NCBI GenBank assembly: GCA_036630325.1
Contig: CP142727.1
Coordinates: forward strand, 1,116,001-1,180,000
DNA length: 64,000 bases
Source of the DNA: Vairimorpha necatrix
Lineage: Eukaryota
Direction of reading: 5' to 3'
Part shown: in pieces, positions 28,617 through 42,675 of the stretch
Numbering within the stretch: position 1 is the stretch's first letter
How the letters are laid out: each line of letters opens with the position of its first letter
Translations under genes and position numbers: made by a program
The notes under the pieces: generated by a model
Database searches by the model: none
The model's input: only the letters and a program-made list of their open reading frames with translations
What the model was told of the DNA's origin: nothing

Positions 28617-30655
28617 AAAAATTAAATAAAATTTGAATATTTAATCATATGCATATGTACTTTAATTTTTTTATTACGTATGCAATTTTTAAAAACTATA
28701 TCAAAATACAGTCTACATTGACGATTTAAGATAAAGGTATTGACAAAGTTTACCTGTAAAAATTATTATCATATATATAAGTACAATTTGAAGAGATGTT
28801 TGAAAGATTTATATAATTCTCAAAATTAGTGTAACATTTATTATTACAAGTATCTTTTTTTCAGTTAAGTTCATTTGTAGAGTTAAATGATCTTTTTAAA
28901 TTTCATTATTATAAATCTGACATTTCTTCGATAAGCAGTACTTATTTGCTAAAAAATCAATGTAAAATCTTAAAACAGTTTAGGCTTAAAATTAATTATA
29001 AAAATAAAAGCTATACCGCATACGTAAAAATTTATGTGTTAGATCTTATATTTAAGAGAACCTATAGTATATAGTTTATTGTGCCTTAAGCCTCAATTCA
29101 TAAAAATATAATGGTCCTTATATATACAGCGTTTTAATAGCCATATGTTTCGTCTGCTTTCTAAATATAGCTATAGATATTATAATGCCAAATTTCTTAT
29201 TCTGCAGCTTTAAATATCTCTCTTACTACGTGTCTGCTTGTACAACAGTAACAAATATAAACTATTAATGTGCCTCTAATTTTTTTATGTGCTTTTTAAA
29301 TTTTCATATACAAAATCTTTCCTTGTTGTTATTTATTTTTCGTCATAGTCATATTGTTATGTATATAATGATAAAAAAAAACTTGTATAGCTTTGATTGT
29401 TTGTCACGTTAAATGCATATCATTGTGAAAGGTCAGATATTTATATCATTATCGATAAACGATATGTGGCGTTGCCACTAGTAAAAATCGGATCAAGTAA
29501 CATAAGTTCCCCTTTAAATTAAATTGTTAATTTTTTTTTAAGCCCAACACGCCTCCTATCCTATTCTGCACTTGTTTTTTTTTGTTGTAAAGTGCCTCGA
29601 AAGACTTATAAAAATAAAAGAATCTTTTATTTGGATGAAAATACTTTCGTGGTCTTACTTATATATATTTTTGCTCCATTGGGGAAGGCTGAGCTCGCGA
29701 TTGGGCATTTCTATGTTCGAATTCCTATGTCATTTATGATTTCATCTTCTATATGCAATTGGAATAAATTAGATAGGGAAATATTAAAAACAATCATTAA
29801 GATGTTCAATGAAACGTTTGCGCGTTCAGCATAAGTGATAAAGCAGCTAAAACAAAAAAAATCGGGGCAATAAAAAGCATGTCTATTATGAATATTTATT
29901 GATACTTAAAATAATCTTCGTGATACAGTATAGTAATATTCTATTGCTGGGGCCTTCTAATTAAGATATTAGAGCTAAATAAGAGACTATACGAAGTAGA
30001 TTAAAAGAGGGTATTGTGCCTTTCCTTAGGATTCTGAGACACGTAATTAAAAATGATGCAAGACCAGTGGTCAACGCCGTATAATAAAAAAGCAAGGGGT
30101 TGTTTGGGGGCAATCTTTGAAGTTCGAAGTGAGAACTAGACTTAGAAGGAACTTCTGAGATAATTTGCATATTTCTTTCCTCAGATATTAAAAAGCACCC
30201 TGTTAAGTGTACTCCCTCGCGAGTTTACTCTAGATGTGATTTGTGTGTATATGAATTAATATTTTGCTGAGGAAAATTTCTATTAATTATGCGATTTCTC
30301 TGCAACAAAATTTAACGCCAAAGTTTGGCTGGTTAGAATTTAACGTACAGATTAAATATAGATTTTACACAATTGTTCCCGGTTTTTATTTATGGTTTCT
30401 CTTCACCCTTGCACTCTACAAAAAAAAATTTATAAAAAATATACAAAGAAAATGAATAATCTCGTTAAAATTTATCCTCTGATCACAATAATATTCTTAA
30501 TTTAATGTATTTATTTATCATAATGATGGGTAAAAATCATCAAAATATATAACATTTAATTTTAATTTTTTCTTTTTTCATACCCTGTGTTAATTTTGCT
30601 TTTTTAAAAATGCTATAAGCTGTCTTTAATGTGGTTTTTTTGTGTATATGATATA

Positions 30656-31018
30656 AAATACTTCATTTGGGCAAAATATAATATATTACTTAGTAATTAT
30701 TTTTCACAAGATGCGCTTACAGTTTCTTCTGACAGTTCCCGGAGTTCCTTCTGAAATCCAAGCAATGATTTTTCAAATATTCAATCTTGATCAGTATCAA
30801 GCACATGCCTGACTGACATAGTTGGGCTTTCTAAAATCATTTTAAAGACAATATATTGTATATATGCTTAAGTTCTGGGGTTAATCGGACTCTTTGGCAT
30901 GCGCGCGATTAAAATTAGTTACTATTCCAATTCAAGTCATCACATAAGGAATTATTTTCGCCCTTTATTATGGAGAGAAGCCACATGATTTGCAAGCAAG
31001 TCGTATTTATGTTTCTTT
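30656..31018 (-). mobile_element. 5'-truncated RLE-type (R4/Dong-like) LINE fragment
   Basis: Minus strand reads KYDLLANHVA...KIIPYVMT*IGIVTNF, matching RIVPYVMTWDGVVTKY of the large LINE (~40095-40140); flanked by 11-bp direct repeat TATATGATATA (30645-30655; 31019-31029). Confidence 0.8.
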
Positions 31019-31107
31019 TATATGATATATATTATAACTTTTAATTTTTCTTGCTTTTAAAAAAGCATAATATCAAATGGCTTGAAATTAAAGTACCATT
31101 AATTCTT

Positions 31108-31354
31108 TAAAAAATTCGTTTATCGAAGCTATTATTGAGTAAAATATTTTTCTTCAATTTACTTCCACTGTCGCCTACTCTATTTGGTTACACCGGCTTC
31201 TACTACTTCTACTATGTTCTTGGTTCCGGATTCTCCCGCTGCGAGTCCCTCCCGGCTTCAAGTAAATGCTCTCTGGCGTCTTCTTTATAATTCGCATTTA
31301 ATTGTAAGCTTTGTTACTTGTTGATAGGCCGATGGTATTAACATAATTGCTGTG
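31108..31354 (-). mobile_element. Second 5'-truncated RLE-type LINE fragment
   Basis: 15-bp direct repeat GTACCATTAATTCTT (31093-31107; 31355-31369); minus strand reads HSNYVNTIGLSTSNKAYN*MRIIKKTPESIYL, similar to KTYNRELEILPSLEALIQSIVMKKNLESISL in the large LINE. Confidence 0.72.
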
Positions 31355-34300
31355 GTACCATTAATTCTTACATTAATATATAGTAGTAAATCATACATAA
31401 TATTGGTTTAGTAAATTTTATAATATTAAAAATAGTTAGTACATATTGTGAGATAAAATAATTAAATATATCATGTTACAAGCATTTATTTAAGAATGAT
31501 GTTTACTATTAATTATGTATTAATGATCATTTATCTATTTAAATATTCGTTTATAATTTTTTTAACAATTATTAGAACTATAATAAGTAAAAAATTAAAC
31601 ATAGTAGCTTTGTATGCGGCTACATAAATATTATTAAGCAAATTCTAATACATGGAAAATACCATAATTGGCATATAAATATAAATGTGTTGCTAAATCA
31701 GTATTATAAAATTTAGAGTTTTTATATTATTTTGATACATAGTCATTACATTAATTTACATAATATTTACAAAAAAATATATTTAATTTTCGGGTACGCT
31801 TAACAATAAAAACATTGTTATGAAACACGGAGACAATACACTGATAGTACTACTATTTATTCAAATAAAAATTTCACACACACCACAAGTGGCTTTTAGT
31901 AATATTAGAAAGAAAATAATTAAAGATAGATATTTAAAAATTGTATGCCTAGTAATAAACCAATGGGAACAAAATCATAAAATAAAAAGTAAGATCACTA
32001 TTAATCATACTAAGTGACAAGTCACAAAAATAATTTTCACAAATAATTTATTTGTTCATACCTTAACGGCATTTTTAAATCATTAATGATGCAGTAATAA
32101 TTTGCAGATTAGTTAAGTAATAACATATTTTATTTGCTTAAACTTTTTATATATCTTATACATAAAAATGATTCACTGAAGATGACGAAAAAGATAAAAA
32201 TTTTTACATTTTTAACTTTTGCAAAAATTGAAGGAAATAGGAAAGACTCATTTTGTTATAAAATTAATTATCTTCTACATGAAATAATCATCTATAAATC
32301 TGTAATCAAAACAATGAAAAGTTCCTAAAGTTTTATTATCGATCTCCAATGCAGACTTTAAATTTATGGTATTTAGAAAATTTCTACCGCCAGCGTTTTG
32401 TTATTTTCCTTTTACTCCTCCATTTATTGTTTTAAAATATTTTACTATCTTAAGAATTCCACTGAAACAAACACATTGTTGGATAGAATTTAAGTATTTG
32501 ACAGTTGTATACATATTCTATATATTACGTTTAACTTTATCTGACTCAGATAATTTATTAAATTCGAAATTTCTAAAGTAGTTAAATTAATAATTGACAA
32601 ATTAAAAAAGAAATTATGTAGAAATATTTGAACATTAATTTCAAAAATTTCACTCTTGCATTCTGTATTAAAATATGGTTAAATTTTTGTTTCTTCCTCA
32701 ACATTTTGTCTTTATTTTTTCAAAGAATTAATATGGAAAAAATGAAATGAAATAATTAATTTATATCATAAAAAATCGATTTCTTATGATTAAACACTCA
32801 AAAACTATAACCTCCCCCCCCAACGATTTCAAGTACAGATTTATTCAAAAGATGCAACAAAAAAAATTATAATCTATTTAGAGAATGACTGACTCTAAAA
32901 TAACCCAGGTTTTAACATCTTAGTTCAATATATTTCGTTGATTTTAAAAAATAGTTGCCTATTATATTAATTTGACGTGAAAAACTCATAATAGATAGAT
33001 TTTTAAAATCAGTAGGAATATCTGAAATGTTTTAAAATAATAGCATTTTTATAATATCTGAAAGTCTATAGAAGATTAAGAAGTATAAACCTTACGAAAA
33101 ATTAGATCCTAATACATACAACAATAATGAAAATAAAAAAAATATATAGGTATAGGTACATGACAAAATTAAAGCTTTTAATACGGTAAAGCCTATATAA
33201 ATAAAGAAAAAAGAGCAGAATTGGTTTCCAAAGAAATTACAACTTGAAAAAATATTAAAAATGAGCTTTAAGAGCTTAAAGAATGCGCATCGGCCATTCA
33301 AAAAGATGATTTTATTCTCTGTGATCTGGATATGATAATTAAATTGCATAAACAAGTCTTCCCTTGCCTATGCTTATACGAGCTTGCTTTATGCGCAATG
33401 AGATCTAAAATACATCTGTCTAGTATATTTTTTGAAGCTTTTAATTGGTAAACTAAAGGCCAGAACTTGTTCGAAAATATGTAAAGCATCTTTTTATTAA
33501 CATTATCATTTGTTATATTCAGTAATAATATTAAACCCCAATAGTGTTAAGCACTCATAATATTTATTAAAGAAAAGTACAAAAATATAAAATTGGTGAA
33601 ATTTGCTATGATATAACGATCGGATATAATTAATATAGATCTTTAGTGACTTATAAAAATTTGAATCTTTGTTTGGTAGATACAAATCGAATTATATATT
33701 CTGCGGAAATTAAAGAATGGATCTTGACAACATAAATGGCAATCAGAAGGAACAGTTAAAGAACTGCCTGTTTTCCATACTCTAGTGTGTATAAAAGAAT
33801 GTTAAATATTCTACATAAGATTCAATGCGTATTAAAAAAAAAAATAAGAAATGACTAATAAGTGCATATATTTTTTTTCCACTGATGTACTTGTATGGAA
33901 TATAACGAACGCAAAGTATTAAAAGATAAAGAGCTATTACATTTATTTCTCTAATATGTATAACTATAATAAAACTTTCAATATCAGATTTGGCAGAGAA
34001 GCAGACATCTCGTATTCCTTCTATTCCTGAAAACCCGATTTTTATTTAAATAAAAAATAAGTTTAGAATGATATAAAGGTAAGACATTTTCATAAAATAA
34101 TCAATATATTGAAAAGGCATTGACTATGTAAACGAAATTTTCTATTGACTTTTGTGCTGCAACCTCTTTACAACGTCGCCACATCACTTGCGGTGCATTT
34201 TTTTGTCTGCATTGGTCACCAGTCCCTCACAACAATATTTCAACGTGTTAGAAGATCTTATTAAAAGCCATCATGAGACCTGTCTGCTCTACCTCGTCTA

Positions 34301-36634
34301 ATCCTTTCTTATCTCGGAGGATTCTTTACAGAGCCCACCAGTCAAATCTTTTTATAACTTATGTGCTCTTTTTTTTTGTAATGAGCATCAAATCAAAATA
34401 ATTCTGGCCCAAAGTTATGTTTTTGGCGGTAAATTACTTCTAACTGAACAAACACAGGCTATATAAGTCAGGAAAATATTTAACTAAACACATAATTTTT
34501 AATTGAGAAATTGACAAATCTAATAAGAAGGAACATTTTAGGTCTGGATGTAGATTCAATCTGATCCTTCTTAAATCATTAGAATGTTTTTGAAAAGACT
34601 ACTGGTAATTAGACGAGACTATAAACATTGACGGGCGTTTAACATCCAACATTCAATAACATTAAGGATTCTTTTGTAACGCAGTTTTTTAATCCTTTTC
34701 ATTTTAATAAGTTTTGTTGTTAGTAGAAAATTTGAAAAAAATATGGTGAACTCATACTTTACATATTTAGTGCACAAACTACAAGAAGTCAGCTATTAAT
34801 GCAGTAATGTTTTGCAAAAAAATAATATAAAAGTTCTTACTTTAATTCGAAATATTATCGTTTTTATTTAGTATATATATAATTTTCTGTTGTGGGATAA
34901 GGTTTTTTTTTCGTTTAAAGACATAATAAATACATAAATATCGTTTATCTGTAATTAAAACGGAGGAATAAAGCTAAATAATTTTCCTATATACCATTTC
35001 CAATCCATATTGTCCCTTTGTGACGTGCTTAGTGTTTTAGTAAATATAGATTACTGTTGTATTATGTTAATGTCGTTTGCCTGTCCTATAAAGAAACCTT
35101 ATATATGTCTCAAGAAATAAAATACACACTCTTAAAAATACGTTTCTCTAATCGCTTTAATAAAAAAAAATATTGTTTTTTACGCAACTATCTTTACTGG
35201 ATTACACCTCTAGTATCAGATTAATTTACACCAAATCTCCTATTTACACATACATATTCTCTTTCTAATATTTTTAGTTATAATTTTACTCTCATTGCCA
35301 GTCTGCTAGTCAAACAACAATTTTTAATCCTAGCCATTTTCATCCATTTTACACTTTTTTTCAGATGGCTTACAATTCTTTTTGTTAAATTACTTGAAAG
35401 TTAATTTTATAAGCTTAATCATTAAGAAGAATATTCGTATTCAGAGTTTAAAAATTGAACATTGAGCCAACATAAATTTATTGTTGAATTATAATGTATT
35501 TATATATTCAATAATAGTGTGAAGTATTTATTTACGTTGATGATAACTTTTTAAAATAAAATCGACATAATATTTGTATCTATTTTTTAAATTTTAAAAT
35601 AATTGCTCACGGTTTAAGGTAAGTTGTAAGCAAATGATCGAAAAAGATACAAAATGAAATATTACTCAAAAGTATTATTTTAGAGAGACGCTAATGAGGG
35701 TAAGGACAGAGCAGGAGGGAACCCCGAAAAAACAACAAACCAAACATCCGAAGCGGAAATGAGCAAAATAGACACAGAAGTGAAAGAACAGGGGACAGAA
35801 CACACCGGTTGCCCACTCGATCCATTCTGAGACCTTTGCAGCAGTACTTGTGAGTACCGAAGCGAGTGAAGAAGAATACCCTAAGAGTATTTTTATCAAT
35901 TATAAATAGATATGATAGAATGCCAAGAGGAGGGTGGAATAAAGCTACCGAGTTCTTCTTTAGAAAAAATTGGGTTTAACATGAGTTAACTAGAATTCAA
36001 GGGCAAAGCGAAGAGCGCTCACTAGTAGTTGTAGGCTAATGACGGCCGGGGATTACTTAGTGAACCCTACCAAAAGAAGAAAGCCCGAAACTGGCTCCAA
36101 AGAAGGGAGTAGTTTTTTCGAAACCGAGCCTTTCCTAGAAGCACAAGAACGAGAAAGATTTTCTTTGAAGGTTAATCTGTTGAAACTTGATGCTACAGTC
36201 AAGGCGGTAAATAGTCTCGTTAGATTCCACTCCCCCATAACATGACTAGATGGCAAATATATTGCAAGCTGCACAGATCTGCTATCAGGAAATGGCCAGT
36301 AAGAAGCCCAAACCTTCGTCTTGGAAGGAAGGTATCTTGAAAAATAAAACTAAGATCGAAGACAAGGTAGTGCTTTCTAAAAAGGCCGGGGCTTTTGATA
36401 AACTCTCAATGAGGAAAAGCGTAAAGTCAAGAAGACAATGCGTGAACTCAACATGCTTGCATGTTCACACCGAGATACTTCTGAAGCTATTGCTATACTC
36501 AACGAGAGGAAAGCCAAAACTAAAGGAAGCTAGAGATATCTGACCGATGCAGAGAGTATAGGCGTGAAAATCAAATTTTTGAGCTATATAGAAGCAGCTT
36601 CTATAGAAAACTCAAGTGCGCCAATGAGGCTACT

Positions 36635-37926
36635 GGCGCTACTTAAAAATTCGCACCACCCTAAAAAATACGTTCACTGAAAAAAAATTATTTGGTATAA
36701 AATGAGATAAAATCAAATTTTAAAGGATTTTTTTTCCGGGGGTGCGAATTTTTAAGTAATGGTATTTTGAACGGGAAATTTTTTTTATTGTATCATTCCC
36801 TTATAATGAACAGGATGATTGACGAAATGCTTCAATTCAATCCATACAATCCTATTTTCACTGATTATGACAGAACAATCGACTACGGATTGAAGAACAA
36901 CTTGTTATATCCTTGTATTCCCTGTACTAATGATCAGTGCAAAGGAATTATGTTTATTTAAAACATATCTTTGTTTTCTCAAGGAAAGGGATACAAATGT
37001 AGCAAAAAAATTCGTAACGAAGATGTTATTAAATAAAGGTTCTAAATTTGAATCTTTAGATATTGAATTTAAAAAAATTCTTTGTTGCATTTATTGTTGG
37101 TGTTTGTCATATACTAATTTTCAGGCTATCAACATGTGTGAAACTTCTGAACCAACATATATTTCTGTACAAGAAATAATAATGGAAACAATTTCCAAGT
37201 CTTCTACTGTTGTTACAACGATAGGTGGAGTTGGTCAGAAGATACAAATAGACGAAACAGCTATTTGTAATGGAATTATAGTATCGAATCCGTCTAGTCG
37301 ATTGGATTCTGAACCTGGAATTCAGTGGATAATAGGAGGTGTATTGGAAGGAAATTGTAGAGAATTTTTTGTGTAAATAATACCCAATATAAAATGGGAA
37401 ACGATTTTACTAATATTAAAAAAATATGTAAAAGTAGGCACGGATATAGTAACTGATGGTTATCATCCTATCCACGTGCTATAAGTAAATTTGGTTCTCA
37501 CCATAGTGTGGTAAATCACTCTATGGGATTTTGTAATGAAGAAGGACAAAATACAAATTATGTAGAAAATATGTGGTCGCATCTTAAGCATGATTATAGA
37601 AAGTGTGGAGGAATTAATAAAATAAGAATTAAATGTTGGTTAGATGAGTTTAAATGGAAAAAAGAAAATATAGAATATTCAAAACCATTTACAATCAAAT
37701 TAGCCTTCGTAAAAATAATTGATATTTTTTCTATGTTAAAGTAATTAAATTTTTGAACTAAATAATATGTTATAACTGTTTTTTTAAATATTTTAACTTT
37801 TGTAAATTCATATTTTCATAAAAATATTGTTTTAAATATAATTTTAAGGGTTAAAAATATTTTTTTTATATAAATTTAATTGGTCAATGTAATTTTTTTA
37901 GGGGGTGCGAATTTTTAAGTAGCGCC
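36635..37926 (+). mobile_element. Merlin (IS1595/ISXO2-like) DNA transposon B nested in the LINE
   Basis: TIR GGCGCTACTTAAAAATTCGCACC...CTAAAAAA at both ends; 8-bp TSD AGGCTACT (36627-36634; 37927-37934); LINE frame continues ...CANEAT|HNVNKEDF... when it is removed. Confidence 0.96.
36806..37744 (+). pseudogene. Disrupted Merlin transposase
   Basis: IGGVGQKIQIDETAIC, WIIGG, IVTDGY, VVNHS.GF.NEEG.NTN.VENMWSHLK; stops and frameshifts; CCC upstream of ATG 36806. Confidence 0.9.
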
Positions 37927-40900
37927 AGGCTACTCATAATGTAAACAAAGAAGATTTTAGTTTATTCTGGTCCACCATGTGGAATAAGAAAGAGCAAGCC
38001 GAAGACTGCAATAGTTTTGAGGAGTATCTTCTAAAATACATTCCTGATAGCCAAGATCAGATTATTTTCCCAACCTTGCAAGAATTTGTAGATATTATTA
38101 AATATTTACCAAATTGGAAGGCTGCAGGCTGTCATAGAATCTTCAATTATATTTATTAGGAAGTGTAACGCTCTACACCCATTCCTTTACAAGATTGTTT
38201 AGGAAGTATGCCTGGATGGTGAAGAACCCGCAGCTTGGTTCTACAAGGGGATTACTTATTTAATACCCAAAGGTACCCCCACAGTGGAAATGACTTCAGG
38301 CCTATTACCTGTATGTCGAACCTCTACAAGCTTACAACGAAATGCACTACGAAAGTAATGCAGCTAATTGTAGTAAGTAGAGGGCTACTAGCAGAGGACC
38401 AACTAGGGACAGTTAGACAAGTCCAAGGAGCAAAAGAACAAGCTTGATAAATATATCAGTCAATGAAGAGCATAAAACAAGCTGAAGACCATCTAAATAG
38501 ATGTAACAAAGGCCTACGACTCCGTAGACCATTCTTATCTATTAACGTGTATTAGCAAGTTTAATTTCACTCAATGGATAAGTAAATTCTTAGAAGCCAC
38601 CGTTAAAAGGAGGCAAATTGAGATAAAATAAGGATCGGAAACGATACTGGATAAAAAGATTGAAGGAGGCATATTACAAGGGGATTCCTTGTCGCCATTT
38701 TTGTTTGTACTTTGTATGGCCCGTTGAGCAGGAAACTGAATTCAACTTACTCAAAAGTAAGATTGCAGACCCGCGAAAGTGTTTATGTAACAAACCATCT
38801 TCTATGTAGTGATGATCTTAATCTCCTCGCAGAGAACGATGTCATTTTAAAACTGATGAATGAGGAAAATAAGTAGGATTTCTCATCTGTAGGTTTAGAA
38901 ATGAACAGAAGTAAGTCTGCAACTAACTGTGGTGATTGTAGTGAAGATGCAGTAGTATTAGAAGGCATCAAGGATCCAAATACCTTGGAAAAACAGAGGA
39001 TGCCTCTAGTGCTGTCAAAAGAGATACATTAAAAAAGTAAGAATTGAAATTTTACAGAGGGTTGAAAAACTGTGCAAGACTCAATAAAATGGTAAGAATA
39101 TGATTCGAGTTATAAACGAGCATGTAATATCAGTAATAATCTATCATGTAGGATTATTAAAATTAAAACCAATAGAGTTCAAAACTCTCGATTTTGATAT
39201 CCGACAGGTACTTATCAAGTACCAGGTCTATCTACAACCAGCCTGCAAGGAAAGAAATAACCTTCCTAGATTCGAAATGGGTAGAGGCCTCATAAGTATC
39301 GAAAATAGAAGTGAATGTATGCTTCTGAATATTTATAAAACATTAGATGGGTCTAGAAATAGCTCACTAAGACGGGCTGCGATATTTAAAGTAGAGGCAG
39401 AAAGCAAATCCCACTTGTTTACAATTAACGAGTATCATAGGATTAGGTATAGCTTTGTAGGAGAGATAACCCAGAAGATGCTAATAGAATCCCAAAAAGA
39501 AGCGCTTTACAGCAAAATTAACATAAGGACAAATCATGGAAAGTTGTTTAAAGCTAGGGACAATGATTTAGTAAGCATTGGAGGCTCTTCTACCTGGCTG
39601 GTTAAAGGAAACAAATAGGCTAGATCCGAAGCAATTTACTGCTTCCTACAGGATAGAAATATTTTCTGTGGATAAGAGGGACAATGTCCCCATTGTGGAT
39701 CTCATATGAAGACCGTGGATCATTTAGCTACCAAGTGTGATCGAATGTTGGGTTTTGATTATATGAAAAGACAAAACAAGGTAGTTAGATGCATTCATCT
39801 CTTACTATGTATTAAATATGGGTTTAAAAAGCCAAAGAAAATACGTGGACACTCAGTACAAGAGATCATGGAAAATGATCGTGCAGTAATAAGAGTAGAT
39901 ATGAGAATATCCACTAATATAAAGGTGACCCACAATAAGCCTGATATTCTTGTGTTTGACAAGAAGTAGAAAGAAATTTTAATAGACGAAGTTGGTATAA
40001 CCATCCAGGATCGACTTACCATAGTCGTAACGAAAAACCAAGAAAAATGACCTTCTTGCAATTTAACTTTGACTTTACATAAATATCAGACAAGAATAGT
40101 TCCTTATGTAATGACATGGGATGGAGTGGTGACCAAATATACAAAACGTACAACAGGGAGCTGGAAATCCTACCCTCCCTGGAAGCGCTTATCCAGTCTA
40201 TTGTGATGAAAAAGAATCTAGAGTCCATCTCTTTGGAACGACGACGAGGATACGTTCAGGAGGATGCAGGAGAGGAAGAATTGCCCAGAGCTGTTAGCGC
40301 ACTAGGGAATATGGCGACTGTAAAGATGTGGTGTCGGCAAGGGGGAATAAAGCTGAAAAGGTGAAGTTGGAAAATATTAATAATTTCACAGAAACCAAAG
40401 TCTGTGAAGAGATAAATCCCATGAGCGATAAAATAAAGATGTGCTATAAATATCTTAGCTTAATGATAAATAACTCAATAAATCTTTTAAATAGAGCGAT
40501 GCTTTTTATATAATTTGCAGTGACAAAAAATCAAATTATAATATCATTTAAATTAAAAATTTATTTTTTATTTTTATTCCAATCTTATAAACCAAAGAGA
40601 CAAACATGCGATTATGTCTAAATTGTAACAGTATTAATAGCTTTAAAACTTTAATTGCGTAAAAATAATATATTTGGGGGAGGGGGTTCAAGAAAAGTCC
40701 TCAATATGCGAAGAATCGTTTTGTTATGATATTTACACATCATTTTATTTATTATAATTTTTTATTGACATGATCAATCTGATAAAGACAATATAGTACA
40801 CATTAAGAGATAACAAAAACTTCTTGAATTATGTTCATATTTAATTAAACAGTATAATTTCATTATAAATGCTCATTGTTTCGTACTAACTCGTTGTAAA

Positions 40901-42040
40901 AATATTAAAATAGCTGCAAGAATCTGTGATTGTTTAGCATCAGTTTTCTTATTTATTTCTCTTCCGACTTAAAGTGTCTAAGCAATTTTTCTAAAAAATC
41001 CAAACAGAGCAAGACGAGTCGATTAATGATTTAAATAAAATTAATACATTTGCTAATATTTTTCATTTTGGTATTCTTTATGATTATAAAACTCTTTTAT
41101 CATAAGTTTTTGAGGTATGTAATTATTTATACAAAAATGCTACGGGGTTATGGATAGTTTTAGGTTTTGGTATAAGTATTGAGTACTACTAGTTAAAGTA
41201 CATTATGTTCTTTATTTCAGCGTATTTTTCTTCAGTGATAATATTATTACGATGTAAATATAATGCTAATTCTTTCGGCTACAAGATTTAAATCTTTCAT
41301 ATAATACTAAACTAGTATATAAAGATAATTAGAATAAAAATATATATTTAGGTCAAAAAATGTACAATCTTTTAACATATTTCTAAAAATAGCTTTTATA
41401 CCCCTTTTATATATATTATGTAAAAAATGTATCATCCTGGTGTATATATTAAGAGACCCATAATTAGATATATTGTTTGTTTTGGGATATTAATAATGAG
41501 GTTACGTTATCATAATCGTTATTTCAGTATCCAAAATGAAGCCTTTCTTGAGCTACACATATACTTAAAAAAAACGTGTAAGGTGTTTGCCCTTAAATCG
41601 ACTCCGTTGTAGTGTCAATAGAAAAAATAAGGTAAGTAAATCTTCATAACGTTGGCTTTTTGGAAGGCAAAGCGCGTGTAGAATTAGTTGATTTAAATTC
41701 TACAGAAAGAGCAAAAAAAAATACTATTGTGAAAATTTAATCTTAATAAACAGTATTTAGTATGTAAACACTGTAATATTAAGTTTTAGAGCAAAATATA
41801 ATAATACTATACAGATATTTATAATATTTTATATGCTTAAATTTTTTTTCATAGATGTATATATTTCTTGCAATTTTTTAATAAGTAATTGCGAAATACA
41901 TGTTATATTCTACTCGCTTTTTTTTTGAAAAAATATAGGATGAAAGGATACTTACAGCCTCCGCATTTGATGGAGTACGATTATTTCGAACTCATAAAAT
42001 GAATTGCAAAAAAGAATATGCGGGAGGAGAAAACAATTAT

Positions 42041-42675
42041 TGTCACCGTTCGGAGCGGACGCCAGGGAAAATGCTTATTTGAGAAGGGTAAACAATTAAA
42101 AAAAAAATTCCCCGTTCGGAGCGGACGCCAGGGAAAATGCTTAGTTGAAAAGGGTAAAAAATTAAAAAAAAATACCCGTTCGGAGCGGACGCAAGGGAAA
42201 ATGCTTACTTGAGAAGGGTAAAAAATTTAAAAAAAATTGGTGTTTATTTGTAATTTGTATTTAAAATTTCTTTCATTTTAAGGGCATGAAAATAAAATTG
42301 AATAACAATGAAAGACAAGAAGTTTTTGTCTTTTTACAGACTGGTATTGTACTAGACATAATACAATTTAATAAAGTAAAATTATGCAAAGAAGTGATAA
42401 TGATATTATAATAGAAGAAATAAGTACTAGAGATCTAAGGTTGCTTGGTAATGAATAAAGTACTAAAAATTTTGTTTATTTTATTATTCTCTTTTTTTCA
42501 ATATTCCCTCCCATTATTATAAAAAAATAGCAAAAATTTACCCCTCAAAAAATCGAGACAAAATTTTAATTATCATTTAAGACGAACATTTATTTGCTCT
42601 TATTTTTTGGTTCGATCCTCACTGAAGAGATTTTTTTTAATTTTTTACCCCTGGCGTCCGCTCCGAACTGTGACA
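42041..42675 (+). mobile_element. Non-autonomous TIR element with TGT...ACA ends (Ginger2/Tdd-like), copy 1
   Basis: 27-bp TIR TGTCACCGTTCGGAGCGGACGCCAGGG (1 mismatch); 5-bp TSD ATTAT; three ~65-bp subterminal repeats; homologous to 57040-57832 in opposite orientation. Confidence 0.85.
42046..42235 (+). repeat. Three subterminal tandem repeats (~64-66 bp)
   Basis: CCGTTCGGAGCGGACGC(C/A)AGGGAAAATGCTTA.TTGA.AAGGGTAAA starting at 42046, 42112 and 42176. Confidence 0.95.

Larger units (their letters stand above)
35690..40510 (+). mobile_element. Decayed non-LTR retrotransposon, RT + restriction-like endonuclease (R4/Dong-like), interrupted by Merlin B; ends approximate
   Basis: Fragments across frames: WKAAG, LIPK, DFRPITCMSNLYKL, KAYDSVDH, GILQGDSLSP, NHLL..DDL, CPHC...TVDHLATKC, KPDILVFDK; many stops and frameshifts. 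Confidence 0.92.

Noticed and set aside
29660-29740. tRNA candidate around GTTCGAATTCC (also GGTTCGATCC at ~42610)
   Set aside because: No cloverleaf stems or A-box at the correct spacing; the second lies within a TIR element
29938-29960. Short similarity TTCTATTGCTGGGG with the reverse complement of 54100-54120
   Set aside because: The match does not extend on either side
34140-34400. Possible further RLE-LINE fragment on the minus strand
   Set aside because: Only scattered residues resemble the zinc-knuckle region; no TSD found; unsupported without alignment
42018-42212. 64-aa repetitive ORF (and 57659-57862)
   Set aside because: Translation of non-coding subterminal repeats; crosses element boundaries
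42046-42235. Regularly spaced GC-rich repeats resembling a CRISPR array (also 57670-57830)
   Set aside because: The 'spacers' are themselves near-identical, the repeats are subterminal arrays of a TIR element with a TSD, there are no cas genes, and the DNA is eukaryotic
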